Shown here one piece after another: positions 26,956 to 36,299 of a stretch of 64,000 nucleotides of DNA. The position numbers and the translations under genes were made by a program. The stretch covers positions 1,709 to 65,708 of the forward strand of contig JAFQZM010000013.1 in the NCBI GenBank assembly GCA_017405875.1, written 5' to 3'. The notes under the pieces are model-generated. The model did no database searches, was not told the DNA's origin, and saw only the letters and a list, made by a program, of their open reading frames with translations. This DNA comes from a bacterium (GTDB lineage Bacteria; UBP6; UBA1177). How positions within the stretch are numbered: position 1 is the first letter of the stretch; each line of letters opens with the position of its first letter.

Positions 26956-27538
26956 GACCTCTCAGACAACCTGCGGTTGCCAGCTCCCCTACTTCAGGGG
27001 AGCCTAGACGGGGAGCCAAAATATATCGACAATTTTTTGTCATTAGATATTTGTGTTTGATTTATTTGCCATTTGAGTTTTGTGGTAAAATGAGAAAGAG
27101 ACCGCTTCTTGTAGAAGCAGCAAGAATACTGCGTAAAGATATGACTCCTCAGGAAAAACATCTATGGTTTGATTTTTTGCGTCATTATCCCGTAAAGATC
27201 TACAAACAAAAAATTATAAATGATTTCATTGCTGATTTTTACTGCGCTAAAGCAATGTTGATTATAGAACTTGACGGCAACCAACATTATACTGAAGACG
27301 GCTTGGCTCATGATGCTGAAAGGACCAATGTTTTAAACGCATTAGGCTTTTTGGTCATTCGATTTCCGAACTCGGAAATCGATAATAATTTTTCGTCAGT
27401 CTGCAATCAAATCGACAACATCATACAAACTAGAATTAAGGTCCCAATGACCTCTCCGTCACGTAGTGACTGAGAGGTTTAAGGCTCCCCTGAGGTAGGG
27501 GAGCTGGCTGCGTAGCTGTCTGAGAGATCTGAGAGGTC
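26956..27538. mobile_element. Mini element: DUF559 endonuclease-like gene bracketed by ~50 bp terminal inverted repeats of the hairpin-repeat family
   Basis: Left end GACCTCTCAGACAACCTGCGGTTGCCAGCTCCCCTACTTCAGGGGAGCC; right end (reverse complement) GACCTCTCAGATCTCTCAGACAGCTACGCAGCCAGCTCCCCTACCTCAGGGGAGCC. Inserted between the duplicated 40-mer and 30-mer promoter blocks. Confidence 0.45.
27090..27473 (+). CDS. DUF559 (Vsr-like PD-(D/E)xK endonuclease fold) protein
   Basis: MRKRPLLVEAARILRKDMTPQEKHLWFDFLR...FIADFYCAKAMLIIELDGNQH...RTNVLNALGFLVIRFPNSEI has the classical DUF559 layout. Confidence 0.75.
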   Translation: MRKRPLLVEAARILRKDMTPQEKHLWFDFLRHYPVKIYKQKIINDFIADFYCAKAMLIIELDGNQHYTEDGLAHDAERTNVLNALGFLVIRFPNSEIDNNFSSVCNQIDNIIQTRIKVPMTSPSRSD

Positions 27539-27571
27539 TAAAAAAAACACCTTCAAACCCCGTTTTCCCTA

Positions 27572-27601
27572 TTGACATCTGCCGCAACTTGTGGGATTTT
27601 A
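27572..27601. promoter_or_regulatory. Copy 2 of the 30-mer promoter block (TTGACATCTGCCGCAACTTGTGGGATTTTA), 31 bp upstream of wzt
   Basis: 28/30 identical to 24442-24471, with the same spacing to the start codon. Confidence 0.4.
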
Positions 27602-27631
27602 TGGCGTTTTTGTTTTGTGTTGCTGGTGCTT

Positions 27632-28876
27632 ATGAGCGAAACCGTCATCAAAGTCGAAAATATCTCGAAATTTTATCAGTTGGGTCTCATCAATCACGGT
27701 ACTCTTGCCAAGGATCTGCAGGGATGGTGGGCAAAAATACGCGGAAAAGACGACCCGAATTCACGCATTTCCATGGTCTCAAACAAAAACACCAATTCCG
27801 ACACCGATTTCATCTACGCCCTGAAAGATGTCTCGTTTGATGTCCAGCAGGGAGAAGTTCTGGGGATCATCGGAGCCAACGGTGCCGGCAAATCGACCCT
27901 TCTCAAAATTTTGAGCCGCGTCACCTCACCCACAAGCGGCTGCATCAAGATCAAAGGGCGCATCGGCTCTCTCCTTGAAGTCGGGACCGGCTTCCACCCC
28001 GAACTTACAGGCAGAGAAAACATCTATCTCAACGGTGCGATCCTCGGCATGAGACGCCATGAAATAGACAAAAAACTTGATGAAATCATTGACTTTTCAG
28101 GAGTTGAAAAGTTCATTGACACACCCGTAAAAAGATATTCTTCCGGAATGTATGTCCGTCTCGCATTCGCGGTAGCGGCACACCTCGACCCCGAGATCCT
28201 CGTAGTTGACGAAGTTTTGGCAGTCGGAGATGCTGATTTCCAGAAAAAATGCCTCGGAAAAATGGATGATGTCAGCAAAAAAGAAGGCCGGACAGTGCTG
28301 TTTGTCAGCCACAACATGGCGGCAGTGAAGCAATTATGTGATCGTTCGCTTATCATAGAAAAAGGCAGTATTATTTTTGACGGAGATTGTGGAGAAGCAA
28401 TAGATAAATACACAACGGATGAAATGTCTGAATTCAACAAGTTTCTTCCGTCTGTAAAAAGATATGGTAGCGGCGAAGCTAAAATAGTTGATTTTATTGT
28501 TGATCCTAAAAAACCAGAGTGCGCAAAAGAGATAAAATTTACTTTTGTCATTAACTCTTCCTGCGAAATAAAAGATGCCTCTTGTGCTGTTTCTTTCAGA
28601 GATTCGATGGGAAATCTTTTGTTTCAGTTCTTTTCTGAAAATATGAATAAAACTTATGTTTTAAAGCCAGGAATCAATAAAATTTCTGTTTCCGTGCCGC
28701 AATGTCCACTTGTAGAAGGTATTTATCGTTCTTCTTTGTGGCTTGGGAAAAATTCAAAAAATGTTCTTGATTTTTGTGAAGATTCACTCTTTCTTAAAGT
28801 TTTTTATAATCAGGAAGGCAAATTTATAGATAATAGAAAATATCATATAATCTTTGACAGCAACTGGAGTGATTAA
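27632..28876 (+). CDS. wzt: ABC polysaccharide/O-antigen exporter ATP-binding protein with C-terminal glycan-binding domain
   Basis: MSETVIKVENISKFY..., Walker A GANGAGKST, signature YSSGMYVRL, Walker B ILVVDEVL and an ~150 aa C-terminal extension typical of Wzt. Confidence 0.9.
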   Translation: MSETVIKVENISKFYQLGLINHGTLAKDLQGWWAKIRGKDDPNSRISMVSNKNTNSDTDFIYALKDVSFDVQQGEVLGIIGANGAGKSTLLKILSRVTSPTSGCIKIKGRIGSLLEVGTGFHPELTGRENIYLNGAILGMRRHEIDKKLDEIIDFSGVEKFIDTPVKRYSSGMYVRLAFAVAAHLDPEILVVDEVLAVGDADFQKKCLGKMDDVSKKEGRTVLFVSHNMAAVKQLCDRSLIIEKGSIIFDGDCGEAIDKYTTDEMSEFNKFLPSVKRYGSGEAKIVDFIVDPKKPECAKEIKFTFVINSSCEIKDASCAVSFRDSMGNLLFQFFSENMNKTYVLKPGINKISVSVPQCPLVEGIYRSSLWLGKNSKNVLDFCEDSLFLKVFYNQEGKFIDNRKYHIIFDSNWSD

Positions 28877-29637
28877 TGGTGTTTCATTCAAAGAAATTAC
28901 AAAGGTATAAAAAGAACTTTTTGCACAAGATGCTGAAATTGGTTTATGAACAAACAGATTTTCTTTTTAGAACTCAGGCGAAAAAAGATATTTCTTTTGA
29001 AGAATGGGAAAAAATAACGAATTATGCAAGGCTTTCTTTTTCTCAGGAAGGCGAAGATGCCGTTCTGCAAACTATTTTTGCAGGCAAAAATAACGGTTTT
29101 TTTGTAGATGTCGGTGCTCACCATCCATATCAGATAAGCAATACTTTTGCTCTTTATCTAAAAGGTTGGAGAGGAATAAATATTGAACCGAATCCTGAAT
29201 TATTTGAACTTTTTAAAATGAGGTCTGAGGATATAAATTTAAATGTCGGTGTCAGTGAAACAGCTGGGAAATTGCCATATTACATGATGGATCAGCCGGC
29301 ATGTAATACTTTTTCTGAGTATCATATGAAAACACATGAAAACATGGGATTTGCTTTAAAAGAAATCAAAGAAATTGAAGTCTTGCCTCTTTCTGAAATA
29401 CTTGATAAACACCTCGGGAACAACACGATTGATTATATAAATATAGATGTGGAATGTTTTGAAATGCAAATTCTAAAATCCAACAATTGGGAAAAATATT
29501 TGCCGAAAATAATTACTATAGAAGAACTTGATTTTAATGATGATAGTAAAAATATAGATTTGTTTTTAAAAAATAAAGGATATGAATATCTGTTTAAGAC
29601 AGGCAGAACTTGTTTTTATAAATTGAAAGAGCAATAA
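28876..29637 (+). CDS. FkbM-family methyltransferase
   Basis: GFFVDVGAHHPYQISNT ... INIEPNP motifs; TAATG overlap with wzt. Confidence 0.75.
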   Translation: MVFHSKKLQRYKKNFLHKMLKLVYEQTDFLFRTQAKKDISFEEWEKITNYARLSFSQEGEDAVLQTIFAGKNNGFFVDVGAHHPYQISNTFALYLKGWRGINIEPNPELFELFKMRSEDINLNVGVSETAGKLPYYMMDQPACNTFSEYHMKTHENMGFALKEIKEIEVLPLSEILDKHLGNNTIDYINIDVECFEMQILKSNNWEKYLPKIITIEELDFNDDSKNIDLFLKNKGYEYLFKTGRTCFYKLKEQ

Positions 29638-29640
29638 GAA

Positions 29641-29715
29641 TTATGATTAACCCCAAAATCTCAATAATCATCCCTGCTTATTTTATCGGAAAAATTTTAA
29701 AGAGAATATTTAGAT
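29641..29715 (+). pseudogene. Remnant of a GT2 glycosyltransferase N-terminus (MINPKISIIIPAYFIGKILKRIFR*)
   Basis: 24-codon ORF reproducing the GT2 start motif (KISIIIP.Y) seen in the intact GT2 genes of the locus. Confidence 0.4.
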
Positions 29716-29745
29716 GAAGACTTTTTTACTATTTGGAGATTTTTA

Positions 29746-31303
29746 ATGTCGCTAGCTCCAATCGTCCTTTTTGTTTACAACCGCCCGTGGCACACACAAC
29801 AAACTGTTGAAGCTTTGCAAAAAAACGAACTGGCAACAGATAGCGAACTTTTCATTTTTGCTGATGGCCCCAAAATAAACGCAACTGAAGAACAAAAAGA
29901 AAAAATCAGGCAAGTCAGAGAATATATTCACAAAATATCGGGGTTTAAATCTGTAACCATTTCAGAAAAGGAAAAAAACTGTGGTCTGGCAAATTCTGTG
30001 ATTGCTGGTGTGACGGAAATCATCAATAGATTCGGCAAAGCCATAGTTGTTGAAGATGATATTGTGACAAGTAAAGGTTTTTTAAAATATATGAATGATG
30101 CCTTGGAGTTATATCAATATGAAGAAAAGGTAATGCATATATATGTACCCAATAAAGAATAATAGATTGCCAGAAACTTTTTTTTATCCAGCAACATCAT
30201 GTTGGGGATGGGCTACATGGAAAAGGGCTTGGGATTGTTTTAATTCTGATGCCAAAGACCTGTATCTCAAAATAACAAATAACAAATTGATAGATCTTTT
30301 GAATATTAATACAATTCACGACTTTGAGAAACAGTTGGTTGATAATGCAAACAGAACCTTAAACACATGGTTTATCAAGTGGAATGCTTCAGTGATTATT
30401 AAAGGTGGATATTCGTTGTATCCTAAATTTTCTTTAGTTCAAAATATTGGTTTTGACGGTACTGGCGAACATTGCGGTGAAAATAATAAATTTTATTGGG
30501 AAAAACTTGCCCAAAGTATTGCTGTAAAAAAAATAAAAATAAAATTTTCGAACGAAGCTATTGATGCCTTAAAAAAATTTAATCGCAATAAAACGCAAAT
30601 TTCGATAAAAAATTGTTTAATAAAGTTAGCTCCTGAATTTCTTAAAAAAAGTATCAAAAACATAATTCGAAAACTGGTTTATGCCACTTGTCCAGAAATA
30701 AATGTACTCTCTCAACATCATAATTGGGATTTTCTGGATGATTATTGCCCGCAGAACAATAAAGTCGGAAAACATGTCTTGGTCTACTCCCCATCTCACA
30801 TCTCTGATTCAAGCATAGGAGATTATACATATATCGCTATGAATCCCTATATTTCCAAGACTAATATTGGTAAATTTTGCTCTATTGGACCTAATTTAGT
30901 TTGTGGTTGGGGAATCCATCCGTTAAACGGCATTAGCACGGCTCCAATGTTTTTTTCAACTAGGAAACAAAACGGTATGTCGTTGTCATCTGTTGACAAG
31001 GTTGACGAACGGAAAGAAATAAGCATAGGAAACGATGTGTTTATCGGGGCTAATGTTACTATTCTAGATAGTGTAACTATTGGTGATGGCGCGGTAATTG
31101 GTGCTGGGGCGGTCGTTTCTAAAGATATTCCACCTTATGCGATAGCAGTAGGGTGTCCGATTAGAATTATACGATATCGTTTTGAACAAAGTCATATTGC
31201 TGAATTGCAAAGAATAAAATGGTGGGATTTTGATGATGAAAAATTAAAAGAAGTAGAGAAGTATTTCTGGAATATTGACAAGTTTATTCAACAAAATAAA
31301 TGA
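29746..31303 (+). pseudogene. GnT-I-like (GT-A) glycosyltransferase fused to a C-terminal hexapeptide-repeat acetyltransferase, interrupted by a frameshift near 30140-30165 (or sequencing error / programmed shift)
   Basis: ORF 29746-30162 (MSLAPIVLFVYNRPWHTQQ...) aligns to the N-half of paralogs 35379-36299 and 39231-40154. ORF 30143-31303 continues in another frame with [11 protein letters not shown] (paralogs: WGWGTWKDRWD) and ends with a left-handed beta-helix ([31 protein letters not shown]). Confidence 0.5.
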
Positions 31304-31356
31304 TAGAAGATCATAACAAAACAAACAATTGGGATAAAGAATCTAAGCGAATACAA

Positions 31357-32169
31357 ATGAAGATCTCAATAATCACCGTCTGCAAAAACGCTGAAAGCGC
31401 TATTGAAAGAACAATGCTGAGCGTTGTGACACAAAGTTGTTTTGTAGAAAACATTGAATATTTGATCATTGACGGAGCTTCTACCGACAAAACTATCGAA
31501 ATCATTAAGAAATATGCTGACAAATATCCGATAAAATGGATAAGTGAACCCGACTCCGGAATTTACAATGCAATGAACAAAGGAATAAAAATTGCAAGCG
31601 GAGATTATCTTCTTTTTCTCAATGCCGGAGATTATTTTGTTCACTATAACACACTAGGATTACTAGTTAATTTGTTGAAAGATTCAGTTTTTGATGTTAT
31701 ATATGGGGACCTTTTATGCGTAGATCCTAAATCTGGTGAATACAGTATAAAAGCAGTTGGAGAAGCACTTGGAGTAAATTTCTTTTTCGTAAATACACTA
31801 CCGCATCAAGCAACGTTTTATAACAAAAATGTCTTTAAAAAATTCGGCGGTTATGAGGAAAATTTCAAAATAATTTCAGACAATATCATAAACAAAAAAC
31901 TATTATGTGATCACAAAGTTTCTACAAAATATGTCAATCAAATAATTTCAGTATTTTTAAATGACGGAATAAGTTCAACGAACAAAGAACTTGATCTGCA
32001 GGAAAGAAAAATATTTCAAGCAAAATACTTCAGCGAAGAAGAAATTAAGGAAATAGAAAAACAAAAACAAAGGGAAGAAACGTTAAGGTTACGAAAAGAA
32101 CAAAAATCTTTACTTCGTTTCTTATCAAAAATATTTGCGAAATTTTATGAATTATGGGTCACCCGATGA
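31357..32169 (+). CDS. GT2-family glycosyltransferase
   Basis: MKISIITVCKNAESAIERTMLSVVTQ... with a DxD-type region (IIDGASTD). ~88% nt identity to paralog 37507-38313. Confidence 0.85.
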   Translation: MKISIITVCKNAESAIERTMLSVVTQSCFVENIEYLIIDGASTDKTIEIIKKYADKYPIKWISEPDSGIYNAMNKGIKIASGDYLLFLNAGDYFVHYNTLGLLVNLLKDSVFDVIYGDLLCVDPKSGEYSIKAVGEALGVNFFFVNTLPHQATFYNKNVFKKFGGYEENFKIISDNIINKKLLCDHKVSTKYVNQIISVFLNDGISSTNKELDLQERKIFQAKYFSEEEIKEIEKQKQREETLRLRKEQKSLLRFLSKIFAKFYELWVTR

Positions 32170-33140
32170 CAGGACCAAAAATCTCAATAATAATCCCTGT
32201 TTACAATGTCGAGATTTATTTAAGGGAATGTCTTGATTCATGTGTCAACCAAACATTGGAAGATATTGAAATCATTTGCGTTGATGACTGCTCGACAGAT
32301 AATTCTTATGAAATTCTTGAAGAATATCAGCAAAAAGATTCTCGAATAAAAATATTCAAGCAGGAAAGAAATAATAAGCAGGGTGCCGCCAGAAACAAAG
32401 GATTAGAAGTTGCTACAGGAGAATATATCTGGTTCGTAGACAGTGATGATTATATTGACACCAAAGCCTGCCAGATCCTCTATAACGCAATAAAAGAGTT
32501 TGGAGTTGATATGCTTTGCTTCAGTGCGACACAATTTTCAGAAGAAAATGGTTATAGAAAATATTTTTATGATGGTTACTTCCATCAAGGTATTCAGATC
32601 AACAAAATTTATCATCCTCAAACCGATTGGAGAAAGATTAAGTTTGCACACATGAATGTCACACCTTGGGCCTACATAACCAAAGCATCTATGATTCAGA
32701 AATTTAGATTTCGTGAAGGCGTGTGGCACGAAGACATTGATTTTACTCCGATTTTGTTGGCATCGGCAAATTCCTTTTGTTTTATTCCGTATTCTGCATA
32801 TTTTAGGAGAAACAATCCAAGTTCAACAACGCAAACAGCAATCTCACAAAAAAGGTCTGAAGATTTAGTTAAGACTCTTGAATATTTAGATAAGTTTGTA
32901 TCTGACAAAAAAATTTCAAAGAATCATTTTTTATACAATCAGCTTGTTGCTGAAATTTATGGCATATCAAAAACATTACTATCTCTCAATGACATACAGC
33001 CGAATAATGTTAGTGTGTTACCCCATTTGCTTAAAAAATATCACAGAAGTTTGGATACATATATAAAAACACTTCGACCGCCGAAATACTCATTGAAAAG
33101 GTTCGTAGGGAAAGTTTTGAAAAGAATCCGAGGCAAATAA
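32166..33140 (+). CDS. GT2-family glycosyltransferase
   Basis: KISIIIPVYNVEIYLRECLDSCVNQTLEDIEIICVDDCSTDNS. Confidence 0.85.
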   Translation: MTGPKISIIIPVYNVEIYLRECLDSCVNQTLEDIEIICVDDCSTDNSYEILEEYQQKDSRIKIFKQERNNKQGAARNKGLEVATGEYIWFVDSDDYIDTKACQILYNAIKEFGVDMLCFSATQFSEENGYRKYFYDGYFHQGIQINKIYHPQTDWRKIKFAHMNVTPWAYITKASMIQKFRFREGVWHEDIDFTPILLASANSFCFIPYSAYFRRNNPSSTTQTAISQKRSEDLVKTLEYLDKFVSDKKISKNHFLYNQLVAEIYGISKTLLSLNDIQPNNVSVLPHLLKKYHRSLDTYIKTLRPPKYSLKRFVGKVLKRIRGK

Positions 33141-33268
33141 TGTCTGAAACTAAAATTCCAACAATAATTCCTGTTTATAATATCGAAAAATATTTGAGAG
33201 AAAGCCTTAAGTCCTGTGCAAGTTTACGTCAAAGCCCCTTGGTATATTTAAAGGATATATGCAAATGA
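33140..33268 (+). pseudogene. Remnant of a GT2 glycosyltransferase N-terminus (MSETKIPTIIPVYNIEKYLRESLKSCASLRQ...*)
   Basis: 42-codon ORF with the GT2 N-terminal motif and a premature stop; TAATG overlap with the previous gene. Confidence 0.45.
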
Positions 33269-34332
33269 AAGTTTATCAAGCTGTTCAAAATCCATATATG
33301 GATACCAATCAATATGTAATGACATTGATGGATGGTATCGATGCTCAATTTGATGATGTTGAGTGGGGATGGGGACTGGAAAAATTCTGGCAGAATGATA
33401 TATTTGACTATGATATCATTCATATTCAATGGCCAGATTTATTGCTGTGGCCAAATCGTACCCCGATGCAACTTGAGCACAGGTTGTCAAAGTTGAAAGA
33501 AAACGGAAAGAAAATAATCTCTACTTGTCATAATTTGGAACCGCATTATTGTTCAGATATTAATAGAAAAGAAGCCTATGATGTCGTATATAGAAAGGCT
33601 GATATGATGTTACATTTAGGGAATTATAGTTTAGATATTATGAAACAGCGCTTCCCTGAAGCAAATCATGTGTTGTTACCTCATCAGACCTATGATTCAA
33701 TATATGACAATCTGCCAGATCGAGATGCCGCATGTCATAAGATAGGACTAAATCCAAAGCATAAGTATGTAATTTGTTTTGGTGCATTCCGTGATGACGA
33801 GGAAAGGTTGATGGTTAAAGATTTAGCGGACAAATTAAAAAATAATGGCGTTTATTTTATAGCCCCGGCATACAATGAGATAAGAAAAACAGGCATTGCA
33901 GGTCGATTGTTACGAAAATATGAAAAAATCAAAATTTATTATTGTAATCATATCATAATGACAGGACATTCAAGCGCTCCTGTAGCAGTAACAATGGTTC
34001 CATATTATTATGCTGCCGCAGATGTCGCGTTAATACAAAGAAAGAAAATATTGAATTCCGGTAATTTACCGTTGGCTTTCTTGATGAAAAAAGTAGTTGT
34101 GGGTCCCAATATCGGTAATGTTGGATTATTGTTAAAGGAAACAGGGAATCCGACGTTTGACGTTAATGATGACAATATTATTGCTGCTGTCAGAAAAGGA
34201 TTTGATTTGGCAAAAGAAAATTATGGAAACAAAAATAGGCGCTATGCATTGGAGAATTTTTCAACCACCATTATTGCAAAGCAATTACATAGATATTACC
34301 TGTTACTAACAAATGATGTAAAATGGCAGTAA
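33259..34332 (+). CDS. Hypothetical protein of the glycan locus (possible glycosyltransferase, family not recognised)
   Basis: 357 aa ORF with codon usage like its neighbours; no motif recognised. Confidence 0.4.
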   Translation: MQMKVYQAVQNPYMDTNQYVMTLMDGIDAQFDDVEWGWGLEKFWQNDIFDYDIIHIQWPDLLLWPNRTPMQLEHRLSKLKENGKKIISTCHNLEPHYCSDINRKEAYDVVYRKADMMLHLGNYSLDIMKQRFPEANHVLLPHQTYDSIYDNLPDRDAACHKIGLNPKHKYVICFGAFRDDEERLMVKDLADKLKNNGVYFIAPAYNEIRKTGIAGRLLRKYEKIKIYYCNHIIMTGHSSAPVAVTMVPYYYAAADVALIQRKKILNSGNLPLAFLMKKVVVGPNIGNVGLLLKETGNPTFDVNDDNIIAAVRKGFDLAKENYGNKNRRYALENFSTTIIAKQLHRYYLLLTNDVKWQ

Positions 34333-34372
34333 GATCGTTGCGGGAAAATTACTTTTAAATATTGGAAAAAAT

Positions 34373-35368
34373 ATGATTACTCCTCTGATTTCAGTAGTTA
34401 TGCCAGTTTATAACCGAGAACAATATCTGAAAGAATCAATAGAAAGCATTCTGAATCAGACTTTTACCGATTTCGAATTCATCATCGTTGATGATCAGTC
34501 AACTGATTCTTCGTGGCAGATAATTCAGGAATATGCCAACAAAGATTCCAGAATTGTTGCAGTAAAAAACACTGGTAAAAAAGGATGTTTTTCTGCTAGA
34601 AATTGTGGACACAGATTGGCAAAAGGAAAATATATAGCGGTAATGGATTCAGATGATATCTCCTTGCCACACAGACTTCAAACTCAGTTCGACTTTATGG
34701 AAAAAAATCCTGGAATCGGTATTTGCGGAAGCTGGGCAAAAAATTTTGGAACTCGAAACGATATCATAGAATTGCCAACAACTCATTCAGAAATTAAAGA
34801 TAGCATCTTTTTTTATTGCGCTATAATTCACCCGACTATTATTTTTGCAAACAAAAGGATTTTCTACTCTGAAGAATACCATTCAGCACAAGATTATGAA
34901 TTGTGGTGCCGAGAAATTGACAATTTACAATTCGCAAACATTCCTGAAACATTATTGCTTTACAGAAGACATTTAACCCAAACAAATGGAAAAAAACAAA
35001 ATGATACCGCCAACATTACTCGTCTTAGGAATGTTAAAAAAATCGGTGTAATATTGTCAGAAGAAGAAAAACAAATCTATCAGGATTTATTTTCAGACAC
35101 ATTTTTACCACAAAATATTAAAGAAATAAGTATTGCAATAAACATTTTTGAAAAAATAGCTATTGCCGGAAAAAAATTCGGTTATGGGAAAAAATTCCAA
35201 GCACTCACAAAACTCTCTCAGAAAAAAATTTTGGATTGCGGCATAAAAAATCATAAAACTTCTCTGATGCTCTATGTTACCACTTTCAGAAAATTGAAAA
35301 TTTTTAACAATCCAAGGGCGCATTTGCGATATGTTTATCATTGTTTTAGAAATTTACTACATTTATAG
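34373..35368 (+). CDS. GT2-family glycosyltransferase
   Basis: ISVVMPVYNREQYLKESIESILNQTFTDFEFIIVDDQSTDSS ... DSDD. Confidence 0.9.
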   Translation: MITPLISVVMPVYNREQYLKESIESILNQTFTDFEFIIVDDQSTDSSWQIIQEYANKDSRIVAVKNTGKKGCFSARNCGHRLAKGKYIAVMDSDDISLPHRLQTQFDFMEKNPGIGICGSWAKNFGTRNDIIELPTTHSEIKDSIFFYCAIIHPTIIFANKRIFYSEEYHSAQDYELWCREIDNLQFANIPETLLLYRRHLTQTNGKKQNDTANITRLRNVKKIGVILSEEEKQIYQDLFSDTFLPQNIKEISIAINIFEKIAIAGKKFGYGKKFQALTKLSQKKILDCGIKNHKTSLMLYVTTFRKLKIFNNPRAHLRYVYHCFRNLLHL

Positions 35369-35378
35369 GTATTTAATT

Positions 35379-36299
35379 ATGGTGTTAGCTCCCATCGTAC
35401 TTTTTGTTTACAACCGTCCCGTGCACACACAGCAAACAATTAAAGCTCTGCAGAAAAATGAATTGGCAAAAGATAGCACCCTCTATATTTTTGCAGATGG
35501 TCCAAAAGAAAATGCAACTGACGAGCAAAAAGAGAAAATTAAACAAGTTCGAGAATACATTCATCAAATTGATGGATTTAAGCAGATAATAATTTACGAA
35601 TCAGAACAAAACATCGGCTGTGCAGATTCAATAATTGCAGGCATTTCCTCTGTTTTAAAAAAATATGAAAATATTATTGTTGTAGAAGACGACATCGTAA
35701 CTTCAAGATATTTTCTTAGATTCATGAATGAATCCTTAGATTTTTTTGAAAAAGATAAAATGATTTTTTCTGTCAGCGGATATAACTATCCCGAAAAAAT
35801 AATGAAAATCCCGAGAAATTACAAAAATGACATATATCTTGCCTACCGTCATGGAGCTTGGGGCTGGGGAACATGGAAAGACAGATGGGACAAAGTCGAT
35901 TGGAAAATGATTGATTTTAATAGTTTTTTGAAGAATAAAAAACTGCAAAAAGCATTTAACAGAGGTGGCTCTGACATGAGCGAGATGCTTAAAGCACAGA
36001 TGGATGGAAAAATTGATGCGTGGGACATAAGATTCGATTTTTCACTTTTTAAAAATAATTGTTTTTGCGTAAGACCAGTGAAATCTCTAGTAAACAATGT
36101 CGGTTTGGACAACAGCGGCACCCATACAGGGAAAGATGAAAGACTTAACAATATTTTGGATAACAACTGGAATCCAAGAATTGAAACTGTTGAACCAAAC
36201 AAAACGATATTGAAAAATTTTAGAAAAGTTTTTAATCCACCGCCGAGATATTCATTAAAGCGTTTTATCGGAAAAGTTTGGAAAAGGATATCTAAGTGA
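35379..36299 (+). CDS. GnT-I-like (GT-A fold) glycosyltransferase
   Basis: MVLAPIVLFVYNRPVHTQQTIKALQKNELA...VVEDDIVTS...WGWGTWKDRWDKVDW; paralog of 29746-30162/39231-40154. Confidence 0.75.
   Translation: MVLAPIVLFVYNRPVHTQQTIKALQKNELAKDSTLYIFADGPKENATDEQKEKIKQVREYIHQIDGFKQIIIYESEQNIGCADSIIAGISSVLKKYENIIVVEDDIVTSRYFLRFMNESLDFFEKDKMIFSVSGYNYPEKIMKIPRNYKNDIYLAYRHGAWGWGTWKDRWDKVDWKMIDFNSFLKNKKLQKAFNRGGSDMSEMLKAQMDGKIDAWDIRFDFSLFKNNCFCVRPVKSLVNNVGLDNSGTHTGKDERLNNILDNNWNPRIETVEPNKTILKNFRKVFNPPPRYSLKRFIGKVWKRISK

Noticed and set aside
27572-27631. TTG-initiated N-terminal extension of wzt in the ORF track
   Set aside because: It is the duplicated 30-mer promoter block translated. The homologous block upstream of wzm is non-coding; ATG at 27632 (MSETVIKVENISKFY) fits ABC ATPase N-termini.
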